Positions 19,538-27,946 of a DNA stretch of 64,000 bases are shown piece after piece. Below the pieces are notes generated by a model. The model had not been told where the DNA came from. It ran no database searches and saw nothing but the letters and a program-made list of their open reading frames with translations. Numbering within the stretch: position 1 is the stretch's first letter; every line of letters starts with the position of its first letter. The stretch comes from an uncultured Alphaproteobacteria bacterium (GTDB lineage Bacteria; Pseudomonadota; Alphaproteobacteria; Methylaequorales; Methylaequoraceae): NCBI GenBank assembly GCA_902590895.1, contig CACIYM010000002.1:349-64348 (forward strand). Direction: 5' to 3'. The position numbers were made by a program, and so were the translations under genes.

Positions 19538-21889
19538 ATGGAAGAAAATAAGGATAAAAAAAACGAATATTCGGGAAAACTTCAGTTAAAGAAAACCTTT
19601 AATGCAGGACAAATTAAACAAAGTTTTTCTCATGGTAGAAGCAGGTCTGTCTCTGTTGAAGTAAAAAGAAAAAGAACTTTAAGTAGCTTTAAAAACGAAA
19701 ACGATAAAGTTAATCAATCAGTGCCCTCATCTGACCAATCTGAAGAGAGTTTAACAGTATCACAAGTTTCCAAAAATGACTCTAATCAAGAACCAAAAAC
19801 TGACTTGAGAAAAGAAGAAAAAAAAGAAGAAGTTAAGGATACCTCAAATGAAAAAAAACCTGCTAAAAAAAATTTTTCCAAACAGTTTAATTCTAAGCCC
19901 GAACAAGATGAAAAAAATTTAGAAAAAGAAAAAAAAATTAAAGCGCCAAAATTTGTAAAATCCCCAAAAAGTTTTGAAAACAGACGGCAAGGAAAGTTAA
20001 CTATTTCTCAGGCATTAAACGACGATAATGAAAAGGTTAGGTCTTTAGCCGCTGTTAAACGAGCAAGAGAAAAAGCTAAGCTTAGAACTCTAACTAATAC
20101 TGATTTAAAAGATTCACCTGATGTAAAAGAAAAAAAAAAGAAAGAAATAATTATTCCGGATTTTATTGCGGTCAATGAGCTGTCGTCAAGAATGGCTGAA
20201 AAATCATCAGAACTTATAAAGGTTTTGATGAAGCTTGGTGTGATGGCTACAATTAATCAAACGATTGACGGAGATACAGCTGAACTTGTTGTTATAGAGC
20301 TTGGTCATGTTCCAAAAAGAGTCAGTGAATCAGATGTAGAGTTAGGACTTGACGGAAAAACTGATAATGATTTAGATTTAATCAACAGGCCTCCGGTTGT
20401 AACAATAATGGGTCATGTTGATCACGGTAAAACTTCAATTCTTGATGCTATAAGAGCAAAAAAAGTTGCGGCATCCGAAGCTGGTGGGATTACTCAACAC
20501 ATAGGTTCATATATAGTTGAAACAAATAACAAACAAAAGATTACTTTCATCGATACCCCAGGTCATGCTGCTTTTAGCCAAATGAGAGCAAGAGGGTCTA
20601 ACATAACTGATATAATAATTTTAGTTGTTGCAGCTGACGATAGTGTCAATGAACAAACTATTGAAGCTATAAGTCATGCAAAAGCGTCTGGTTGTCCAAT
20701 AGTTGTTGCCATAAATAAAATAGATTTAGAAACTGCAAACCCTCAGAAAGTTGAAAGTGATTTAATGACTCATGAAATAGTTAGTGAAAAAATGGGAGGA
20801 GATAGTCCTCTTATAAATGTTTCCGCAAAAACAAAAGAAGGCCTTGACCTGCTACTTGAAACAATTTTGTTGCAAGCGGAAATTCTTGAGCTAAAAGCTA
20901 ATCCAAACAGAAATGCCGAAGGCACTGTTATCGAATCAAAGATTGAAAAAGGAAAAGGTACAGTAGTTTCAATTTTAATTCAGAATGGAACACTTAAAGT
21001 TGGAGATATTGTGGTTGTTGGTAAAGAATGGGGAAAAGTTAGAGCTCTTTATGATGACGAGGGGACAAGACTTGATAAAGCGCTACCTAGTTTTCCTGTT
21101 GAGTTAATAGGTCTTTCAGGTGCTCCGGATTCTGGAGATAAACTTGTTGTTGTTGAAAGTGAGTCAAGAGCTCGTGAAGTAACTCAGTACAGATCAAGGC
21201 TAAAAAGAAACGAAGAAAATTCGTCCGTAAAAAGATCATCAATTGATCAGATGATTAAAGATGCATCTTTAGAGCAAAAAAAGTTAGTTTCAATTATCAT
21301 AAAAGCAGATGTACATGGTTCCAAAGAGGCGATAGAGCAAAGTTTAAAAAAAATGAATTCCGATTTAGTTGAAATAAAAATTATTCATACAGGTGTGGGT
21401 GAAATAAACGAATCAGATGTAACTCTTGCTATTGCTTCAGATGCATTAATTTTTGGATTCAATGTTAAAGCAAATGTTCAAGCTAAAAATTTAGCTAAAA
21501 GAGAAAAAATAATTTTGAGTTATTTTTCGATAATATATGAAGTAATTGATGAGGCGAATAAAATAATTGAGGGAATGTTTACACCTAGCTCAATAGAATC
21601 TGTGATTGGTCAAGGGGTTATAAAAAAGGTTTTCGAAATTTCTGATTCTAGTAAAGTTGCTGGATCTATGATTGAGGATGGAAAAGTAACTTCTAAAGCT
21701 TTTGCAAGAATATCTAGAGATGGAAAACAAATCGCGGAGGTGCAAATTCAAAGTCTTAGAAGAGAAAAGAATCAAGTGAAAGAAGTTTTATCTGGACTTG
21801 AATGTGGAATAACCTTTATAAAATTCAATGATTTATTAGAAAACGACAAAATTGAATTTTTTATAAGAGAAAATAATGAGAAAAAATAA
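19538..21889 (+). CDS. infB: Translation initiation factor IF-2
   Basis: Lys/Glu-rich N-terminal region. GTPase motifs GHVDHGKTS, DTPGH and NKID. Confidence 0.97.
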   Translation: MEENKDKKNEYSGKLQLKKTFNAGQIKQSFSHGRSRSVSVEVKRKRTLSSFKNENDKVNQSVPSSDQSEESLTVSQVSKNDSNQEPKTDLRKEEKKEEVKDTSNEKKPAKKNFSKQFNSKPEQDEKNLEKEKKIKAPKFVKSPKSFENRRQGKLTISQALNDDNEKVRSLAAVKRAREKAKLRTLTNTDLKDSPDVKEKKKKEIIIPDFIAVNELSSRMAEKSSELIKVLMKLGVMATINQTIDGDTAELVVIELGHVPKRVSESDVELGLDGKTDNDLDLINRPPVVTIMGHVDHGKTSILDAIRAKKVAASEAGGITQHIGSYIVETNNKQKITFIDTPGHAAFSQMRARGSNITDIIILVVAADDSVNEQTIEAISHAKASGCPIVVAINKIDLETANPQKVESDLMTHEIVSEKMGGDSPLINVSAKTKEGLDLLLETILLQAEILELKANPNRNAEGTVIESKIEKGKGTVVSILIQNGTLKVGDIVVVGKEWGKVRALYDDEGTRLDKALPSFPVELIGLSGAPDSGDKLVVVESESRAREVTQYRSRLKRNEENSSVKRSSIDQMIKDASLEQKKLVSIIIKADVHGSKEAIEQSLKKMNSDLVEIKIIHTGVGEINESDVTLAIASDALIFGFNVKANVQAKNLAKREKIILSYFSIIYEVIDEANKIIEGMFTPSSIESVIGQGVIKKVFEISDSSKVAGSMIEDGKVTSKAFARISRDGKQIAEVQIQSLRREKNQVKEVLSGLECGITFIKFNDLLENDKIEFFIRENNEKK

Positions 21890-22268
21890 TGAACTTAATA
21901 TTTTTAAATCTCAAAAAAATAACCCGCGAATTCAAAAAGTTACACAGTTAATAAAAAAAACTCTAAGTGAAGTTTTTCTTACAATAGATTTTACAAATGA
22001 TACCGGTGAAAACATCATGTTGTTTATTAATAAAGTATCGCTGTCTAAGGATGCAAGAATTGCAACAGTTTTTATTACAAATTTTTCCAATAAAAATTTC
22101 ATAAGCGAAGACAAATTTAGAACTTTAATCGAGAATAATCTTTCAAAGATAAAAAAAGAATTTACATCGAGAATTGAACTTAGATATACACCTAAATTAA
22201 AGTTTAGATTTGATACAGAAACGGAAAGATTGTTTAATCTAGATAAAGCTTTGGATAATTTAAAGTAG
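21876..22268 (+). CDS. rbfA: Ribosome-binding factor A
   Basis: Size, position between infB and truB, and KH-like core (RIQKVTQLIKKTLSEVF...RYTPKLKFRFD). Confidence 0.85.
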   Translation: MRKNNELNIFKSQKNNPRIQKVTQLIKKTLSEVFLTIDFTNDTGENIMLFINKVSLSKDARIATVFITNFSNKNFISEDKFRTLIENNLSKIKKEFTSRIELRYTPKLKFRFDTETERLFNLDKALDNLK

Positions 22269-22279
22269 CAAGATCTAGC

Positions 22280-23173
22280 ATGAAAAAAAATAATATTAAT
22301 GGATGGATTTTTTTGGATAAACCAATAGGTATTTCGTCTAATGCGGCTCTTCAACAAATTAGAAAGATTTTCAATTTTTGCAAAGGCGGATATGTCGGAA
22401 CGTTAGATCCTTTAGCTTCAGGTTTTCTTCCTATTGCTTTAGGAGATGCAACTAAAACGATTAAGTATTTAGAAAATAAAACTAAAGAGTATGTTTTTGA
22501 AGTTGAGTGGGGTGTAAAAACAAATTCGGCAGATGTAGAAGGGAAAATTGAAAAAACTAGTGAAATTTTTCCAAACAAAAAAATGATTAATAACTCTCTG
22601 TTAAAATTCAAAGGGGAATATTTACAAGAACCACAAAAGTTTTCATCAAAAAAAATAAATGGAGTGAGAGCATATAAATTAGCTCGTAAAAATGTTAAAT
22701 TCAATTTGGACAAAAGGAAGGTTTCAATTTTGGATTTAAAATTAATTGATTTTTTATCAAAAGAAAGAAGCAGATTTTATGTGAATTGCAGTTCAGGGAC
22801 TTATGTTAGAAGTCTAGCAGAGGATATTGCTAGTTACAATGGAACTTACGCAACTGTAACATCGTTGAGAAGAATTGGATTTGGAAATTTAAATAAAAAA
22901 CTTATTTCACTAGATTATTTATTAACTTTAGTGCATAGTGATGACCTTATAAGTGTTGTAAAGCCTATAAACTTGGTTTTTGAGAATGTAAATGAAATAA
23001 TACTGGATGAAAAAGCTATAACTCACATATTAAATGGAAGAAGCGTAAGGATGAGTAATACAAAAGTTGGCAAAGAAAAAGAGTTAACGTTAGCAAAATT
23101 TAAAAACGAAATTGTAGCTGTTGGTTATTTGCAAAATGATAATTTTTATCCAAAAAGACTTTTGAATGTTTAG
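22280..23173 (+). CDS. truB: tRNA pseudouridine55 synthase
   Basis: GTLDPLASGFLPIALG catalytic Asp motif. Confidence 0.93.
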   Translation: MKKNNINGWIFLDKPIGISSNAALQQIRKIFNFCKGGYVGTLDPLASGFLPIALGDATKTIKYLENKTKEYVFEVEWGVKTNSADVEGKIEKTSEIFPNKKMINNSLLKFKGEYLQEPQKFSSKKINGVRAYKLARKNVKFNLDKRKVSILDLKLIDFLSKERSRFYVNCSSGTYVRSLAEDIASYNGTYATVTSLRRIGFGNLNKKLISLDYLLTLVHSDDLISVVKPINLVFENVNEIILDEKAITHILNGRSVRMSNTKVGKEKELTLAKFKNEIVAVGYLQNDNFYPKRLLNV

Positions 23174-23193
23174 TAAGATTGAAAGGAAATTAA

Positions 23194-23442
23194 ATGACAG
23201 TCAAAAAAGAAAATGTTGATTCAGAAATGCAAGGTTCAGGAAGTAGTGAATTTCAAATTACTGTTTTTACGAAAAGAATAAAAAACTTAACCGAGCATTT
23301 AAAGCTCAATAAGAAAGATCATAATACAAGAAGAGGATTGATGAGGCTCGTTGGAAAACGAAAAAAACTTTTGAGTTACATTAAAAGAAAAAGTAATGAA
23401 AGGTATGAATCTATAGTTAAGTCTCTTGGTCTAAGACGTTAA
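23194..23442 (+). CDS. rpsO: 30S ribosomal protein S15
   Basis: KKDHNTRRGLMRLVGKRKKLLSYIKR...LGLRR. Confidence 0.95.
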   Translation: MTVKKENVDSEMQGSGSSEFQITVFTKRIKNLTEHLKLNKKDHNTRRGLMRLVGKRKKLLSYIKRKSNERYESIVKSLGLRR

Positions 23443-23464
23443 ATTTTAATCAGGAGATAAATAT

Positions 23465-25534
23465 ATGTTTGATACTTCAACTGTTCAATTAGATTGGCAA
23501 GGCTTAAATCTCAAGCTTGAAACCGGCATGGTTGCTAGACAAGCAGATGGTGCTGTAGTAGCAACATTAGGTTCAACCAGCGTTCTTTGCACAGTATGTG
23601 CATCAAAAAGTTACGACCCAAAAATTGATTTCTTTCCGCTCTCAGTTCATTACATTGAGAAAGCTTATGCTGCGGGTAAGATACCAGGTGGTTTTTTTAA
23701 AAGAGAAGGAAGACCATCAGAAATTGAAATACTGAATTCTAGATTAATAGATAGACCAATGAGACCATTATTTCATAAAGATTTTAAAAATGAAACTCAG
23801 ATAGTTTGTACAGTTTTAAATTATGATGGAGAAAATGATCCAGCAATTTGCGCTATGATTGGTGCTTCTGCAGCAACAACAATTGCTGGTTTGCCTTTTT
23901 TAGGTCCAGTTGCTTGTGCAAGGGTGGGTTATAACGATGGCGAATATATCCTCAACCCTACCAGGGATGAGTTGGGGGAAAGTGACTTAGATTTAGTGGT
24001 TGCAGGGACACGAGACGGTGTTCTTATGGTCGAATCAGAAGCAAGTGAACTCCCTGAAGATATAATGCTTGGTGCGGTTCAATTTGGGTTTAAAGAGTTT
24101 CAATGTGTTATTGATAAAATTATAGAGCTTGCGGAGGACTCCGCAAAAGATTCTTGGGAAATCGAATCTCCAAAACAACCTTCATTTATAGAAGAGTTAA
24201 AAAAAGAGGCAGAAAAATCTTTTGATCCTGTTTATAAAATAAAGAAAAAGAAGGAAAGAAATGAATCTTTAAATAAAGTAAGAGCAGAGATTATTGATAA
24301 ATTCAATGATGACGATTCTGAATTACATATTATTAATGATGCAGTTAAATCAGTTGAAAAAAATATAGTCAGAGCATCAATTTTAAAAACGGGGAAGAGA
24401 ATTGATGGAAGAGATTTAACTACAGTACGAAACATAGATGTTAGGGTTGACTTTCTTGAAAATGTTCATGGTTCAGCACTGTTTACTCGTGGAGAAACTC
24501 AAGCTTTAGTTACTACTACGTTAGGAACAAGCAGTGATGAACAGATGTTAGATACTTTAGATGGTGATAAAAAAGAAAAATTTTTATTGCACTATAATTT
24601 TCCGCCATTCTCTGTAAATGAGGTAGGGAGAATTGGCTCTACTGGAAGAAGAGAAGTTGGTCATGGTAAGCTAGCCTGGAGGTCAATTAATCCGATTTTA
24701 AGAAAAGTGACTGATTTTCCTTATACATTAAGAGTTGTTTCAGAAATAACAGAATCTAATGGATCATCTTCGATGGCAACTGTTTGTGGGGCATCTTTGT
24801 CGCTAATGGATGCTGGAGTTCCCTTAGAAAAATCTGTAGCAGGAGTTGCAATGGGGCTCATAAAAGAAAAAGATAAGTTTGTTGTTTTAACTGACATTCT
24901 TGGTGACGAAGATCACTTAGGTGATATGGATTTCAAAGTTGCTGGTACTGACTCAGGGATTACTGCTCTACAAATGGACATTAAGGTAACTGGCATAACT
25001 GAAGAGATTATGAGAGACGCATTGAAGGATGCGCATAGTGCTAGAAAACATATATTGTCAGAAATGCAAAAGGTTGTTAAGAAACCTAGGGAGGGTACTA
25101 AACCAAATGCTCCAACAGTTTTAAATATTCAAATAAACAAATCTAAAATAAGAGAAGTCATAGGTTCAGGGGGTAAAGTCATTAAGGATATTTGCGAAAA
25201 ATCAAATGCTAAAGTTGAAATTGATGATAATGGTTTAATATCGATATTTGCATCAAAAGCTGATGATGGTGAAGTTGCCAGACAAATGATAAATGATATT
25301 GTAGCAGAACCTGAAGTTGGTAAAATATATTCAGGAAAAGTTGTAAAAACAACAGATTTTGGAGCATTTGTTAACTTTCTAGGAAGTAGAGATGGTTTGG
25401 TTCACATAAGCCAACTTAAGGAAGAAAGAGTTGAAAAAACAACTGACGTTGTCAATGAAGGCGACGAAGTAAAAGTAAAAGTTATTGGAATTGACGACAG
25501 AGGTAAGGTAAAATTAAGTATTAAAGAAGTTTAA
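23465..25534 (+). CDS. pnp: Polyribonucleotide nucleotidyltransferase (PNPase)
   Basis: Two RNase PH domains, then KH and S1 domains. Strong SD (AGGAGATAAATATATG). Only 22 nt after rpsO. Confidence 0.97.
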   Translation: MFDTSTVQLDWQGLNLKLETGMVARQADGAVVATLGSTSVLCTVCASKSYDPKIDFFPLSVHYIEKAYAAGKIPGGFFKREGRPSEIEILNSRLIDRPMRPLFHKDFKNETQIVCTVLNYDGENDPAICAMIGASAATTIAGLPFLGPVACARVGYNDGEYILNPTRDELGESDLDLVVAGTRDGVLMVESEASELPEDIMLGAVQFGFKEFQCVIDKIIELAEDSAKDSWEIESPKQPSFIEELKKEAEKSFDPVYKIKKKKERNESLNKVRAEIIDKFNDDDSELHIINDAVKSVEKNIVRASILKTGKRIDGRDLTTVRNIDVRVDFLENVHGSALFTRGETQALVTTTLGTSSDEQMLDTLDGDKKEKFLLHYNFPPFSVNEVGRIGSTGRREVGHGKLAWRSINPILRKVTDFPYTLRVVSEITESNGSSSMATVCGASLSLMDAGVPLEKSVAGVAMGLIKEKDKFVVLTDILGDEDHLGDMDFKVAGTDSGITALQMDIKVTGITEEIMRDALKDAHSARKHILSEMQKVVKKPREGTKPNAPTVLNIQINKSKIREVIGSGGKVIKDICEKSNAKVEIDDNGLISIFASKADDGEVARQMINDIVAEPEVGKIYSGKVVKTTDFGAFVNFLGSRDGLVHISQLKEERVEKTTDVVNEGDEVKVKVIGIDDRGKVKLSIKEV

Positions 25535-25535
25535 T

Positions 25536-26936
25536 ATGAAAAAAATAGATTCTATTATTTTGTCAGGAAAAGAAACTCTACCTTTAATTGAGGGTGGTAA
25601 AGGCATAGCAATAAGTAGTGGTGAAAGTTCTGGTGCTTGGGCTAAGGCTGGTGGTGTAGGAACATTTTCTGGAGTAAATGCTGATTCATATGACAAAAAT
25701 GGAAATCTTATACCTCAAGTTTATAAAGAAAAAACAAGATCAGGTAGACATAGAGAGTTAATTGATTTTTCAGTTTCTGGAGCTATTGAACAAGCTAGGA
25801 TAGCAAGAGAAATTGCAGGAAACAAAGCACCAATTCATATTAATATTTTATGGGAAATGGCTGCAGCTGAAGAAATCCTGACTAGAACACTTGATAAAGC
25901 AAGCAATATAATTGATGGAGTAACATGTGGCGCAGGAATGCCATATAAGTTATCAGACATAGCAGCAAGTTTTGGTATTTATTATTATCCTATAGTCTCC
26001 TCTGCTAGAGCATTTAATGCATTATGGAAAAGATCATACAGAAAAACATCCGAATTTCTTGGAGGAGTAGTTTATGAGGACCCATGGTTAGCAGGGGGAC
26101 ATAATGGTTTATCTAACAGCGAAGATCCACTAAAACCTCAACCACCTTATGAACGGGTAAGAGATTTACGAAGTCTGATGAATGAATTTAAACTTCATGA
26201 AACACCAATAATAATGGCTGGAGGAGTTTGGAATTTATCAGAATGGGAGGATTGGATAGAAAATGATGAAATTGGAAAAATTGCTTTTCAGTTTGGAACG
26301 AGACCATTACTAACAGAGGAAAGTCCTATTCCAGATGCATGGAAAAAAAAACTTTTGACGATTAAAAAAGGTGAAGTAAGTCTTCATAAATTTAGTCCAA
26401 CCGGATTTTATTCTTCAGCTGTAAAAAATAATTTTCTCATTGAACTCGAGGAGAGATCAAAAAGACAAACCCCATTTCTAAAAGAACAGACAAATGAGTT
26501 TAATGAAAAAATTGAAATTGGACCAAGAAAAAGAGCGTTCTATGTTAAAAATTGTGATAAATCAAAAATCTTAGAATGGGTTAAAAAAGGTTTTACAAAA
26601 CCTATGACTACACCTAATAATACTCTGATATGGGTTACTATTAAAAAAGCTAGTCAGATTGTAAAGGATCAAATTGATTGTATGGGCTGTTTGTCTCAAT
26701 GTTTATTTAGCAATTGGTCTCAAGAGGAAGGTGGAACTACAGGAAAAAAAGCTGACCCAAGGTCATTCTGTATCCAAAAAACCCTTCAGAAAATTAGTCA
26801 TGGATTATCTAATCTTGAAAATGAATTAATGTTTGCAGGGCATTCTGTTTACAGATTTGCATTGGATCCTTTTTATAAAGGCGGTTTTGTCCCAAAAGTG
26901 AAAGACCTTGTTGAGCGAATTATGAAGGGATTGTAA
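25536..26936 (+). CDS. Nitronate monooxygenase/FMN-dependent NAD(P)H oxidoreductase family protein, long form (466 aa)
   Basis: TIM-barrel NMO-like motifs (GAGMP, MAGGVW). The C-terminal extension carries CMGCLSQC...C. It starts 1 nt after the pnp stop. Confidence 0.65.
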   Translation: MKKIDSIILSGKETLPLIEGGKGIAISSGESSGAWAKAGGVGTFSGVNADSYDKNGNLIPQVYKEKTRSGRHRELIDFSVSGAIEQARIAREIAGNKAPIHINILWEMAAAEEILTRTLDKASNIIDGVTCGAGMPYKLSDIAASFGIYYYPIVSSARAFNALWKRSYRKTSEFLGGVVYEDPWLAGGHNGLSNSEDPLKPQPPYERVRDLRSLMNEFKLHETPIIMAGGVWNLSEWEDWIENDEIGKIAFQFGTRPLLTEESPIPDAWKKKLLTIKKGEVSLHKFSPTGFYSSAVKNNFLIELEERSKRQTPFLKEQTNEFNEKIEIGPRKRAFYVKNCDKSKILEWVKKGFTKPMTTPNNTLIWVTIKKASQIVKDQIDCMGCLSQCLFSNWSQEEGGTTGKKADPRSFCIQKTLQKISHGLSNLENELMFAGHSVYRFALDPFYKGGFVPKVKDLVERIMKGL

Positions 26937-26965
26937 TTTTTTTTTTTTAAACTAATATAAAATAT

Positions 26966-27379
26966 ATGACTTTAAACAATCATACAAAAAAGGCATTGGA
27001 GTCACTAAAAAGTTCTCCACTTAAAACAACAAAGCAGAGGGTGGATATAATAAAAATATTATTCAGTGATGGAAATAACCACTTCACAGCCGAGAATGTA
27101 CATAACAAAATTGAAAATCTAGGATTAAATATTTCTTTAGCAACTGTCTACAACTGCTTAAATCAGTTAACAGAAAATAATATTATTAAATCTGTTAAAA
27201 CTTCTTGCAATAAAATTTATTTTGATACTAACACAACTTCACATCACCATTTTTTTTGCAAAAATTCCTCAACATTAATTGATATAGAATCAAAAAATAT
27301 TAAAATTTCTAAACTACCCAAAATACCCAACGGAAAAAAGTTAGATTCTATCGAGATCGTCGTAAACCTAACTGAATGA
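26966..27379 (+). CDS. irr: Fur family transcriptional regulator, Irr-like (iron response regulator)
   Basis: Fur-type winged helix (LATVYNCLNQLTENNII) and the FDTNTTSHHHFFC signature, which resembles the HHH haem motif of rhizobial Irr. No CxxC zinc site. Confidence 0.65.
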   Translation: MTLNNHTKKALESLKSSPLKTTKQRVDIIKILFSDGNNHFTAENVHNKIENLGLNISLATVYNCLNQLTENNIIKSVKTSCNKIYFDTNTTSHHHFFCKNSSTLIDIESKNIKISKLPKIPNGKKLDSIEIVVNLTE

Positions 27380-27396
27380 TATTGATTATCATTATC
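27378..27396. promoter_or_regulatory. Fur-box-like 19-mer GATATTGATTATCATTATC
   Basis: 17 of 19 positions match the classical Fur box GATAATGATAATCATTATC. It lies upstream of rubrerythrin. Confidence 0.5.
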
Positions 27397-27397
27397 G

Positions 27398-27420
27398 TAA
27401 ATTAGAATTATTCTAATTTA
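27398..27420. promoter_or_regulatory. Perfect 11-1-11 palindrome with an ICE/Irr-box core (TTAGAA-N3-TTCTAA)
   Basis: TAAATTAGAAT-T-ATTCTAATTTA is a perfect inverted repeat. Its core equals the iron control element core TTTAGAA-N3-TTCTAAA at 12 of 14 positions. Confidence 0.55.
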
Positions 27421-27423
27421 GTA

Positions 27424-27452
27424 TTGATACTTTCAATCAATTCCACTATATT
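27424..27452 (+). promoter_or_regulatory. Candidate sigma70-type promoter of rubrerythrin (TTGATA-17 nt-TATATT)
   Basis: Hexamers with 17-nt spacing lie about 29 nt upstream of the rubrerythrin ATG, which has a GGAGG SD. Confidence 0.35.
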
Positions 27453-27480
27453 ATAATAAACATTAATTTTGGAGGTATAT

Positions 27481-27897
27481 ATGTCACTTAAAGGTAGTAA
27501 AACTGAAGAAAACTTAAAGGCAGCTTTTGCTGGAGAATCGCAAGCCAATAGACGCTATTTGTATTTCGCACAAAAAGCTGACGTCGAAGGTCACAATGAT
27601 GTTGCCGCTGTTTTTAGATCAACTGCTGAAGGAGAAACTGGTCATGCTCATGGTCATTTAGAATTTCTTGAAGAAGTGGGTGATCCTGCAACTGGGGAAC
27701 CTATCGGTAATACTTCAGATAATCTCAAAGCTGCAATTGCTGGAGAAACACATGAGTACACGGATATGTATCCTGGCATGGCTAAAACTGCAAGGGATGA
27801 GGGCTTTGATGAAATTGCAGATTGGTTTGAAACTTTGGCTAAAGCGGAAAAATCTCATGCTGGTAAGTTTCAGAGAACTTTAGACGATATGGGTTAA
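27481..27897 (+). CDS. Rubrerythrin family diiron protein (no rubredoxin domain)
   Basis: Ferritin-like four-helix motifs ([45 protein letters not shown]). The ATG is preceded by GGAGG. TTG 27469 in the ORF track is less likely. Confidence 0.9.
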   Translation: MSLKGSKTEENLKAAFAGESQANRRYLYFAQKADVEGHNDVAAVFRSTAEGETGHAHGHLEFLEEVGDPATGEPIGNTSDNLKAAIAGETHEYTDMYPGMAKTARDEGFDEIADWFETLAKAEKSHAGKFQRTLDDMG

Positions 27898-27936
27898 TTT
27901 CTTACTTGGGGAGTTGTGTAAACTCCCCGCAAGAAA
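27898..27936 (+). terminator. GC-rich stem-loop between rubrerythrin and the Fe-S gene (attenuator, processing or stabiliser hairpin)
   Basis: GGGGAGT (27908-27914), loop TGTGTAA, ACTCCCC (27922-27928). The stem is extended by TTTCTT/AAGAAA. No U-tract follows. Confidence 0.4.
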
Positions 27937-27946
27937 TGTGTAGTTT

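Noticed and set aside
21932-22357. A 141-aa ORF antisense to the whole of rbfA. Similar long antisense or alternate-frame ORFs occur at 22351-22713, 34029-34469, 32632-32979, 30460-30792, 19019-19324, 62652-62960 and 27668-27883.
   Set aside because: All lie completely inside well-supported conserved genes, have low-complexity or hydrophobic shadow-frame composition, and show no SD or recognisable motif. They are typical shadow ORFs.
27398-27420. Reading the palindrome as a PerR box. TTAGAAT-T-ATTCTAA matches TTATAAT-N-ATTATAA at 13 of 15 positions.
   Set aside because: The adjacent regulator lacks the Cys4 structural zinc site typical of PerR and carries an Irr-like HHH signature, and the ICE/Irr core fits equally well. 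PerR-type control is not strictly excluded but is less likely.
27481-27897. Higher GC content of rubrerythrin as a sign of horizontal transfer. My hand count is about 39% over the first 120 nt.
   Set aside because: Hand counts of other conserved, highly expressed genes (for example a pnp segment near 24001) are as high or higher, while membrane-protein segments are far lower. The difference reflects amino-acid composition, not foreign origin.
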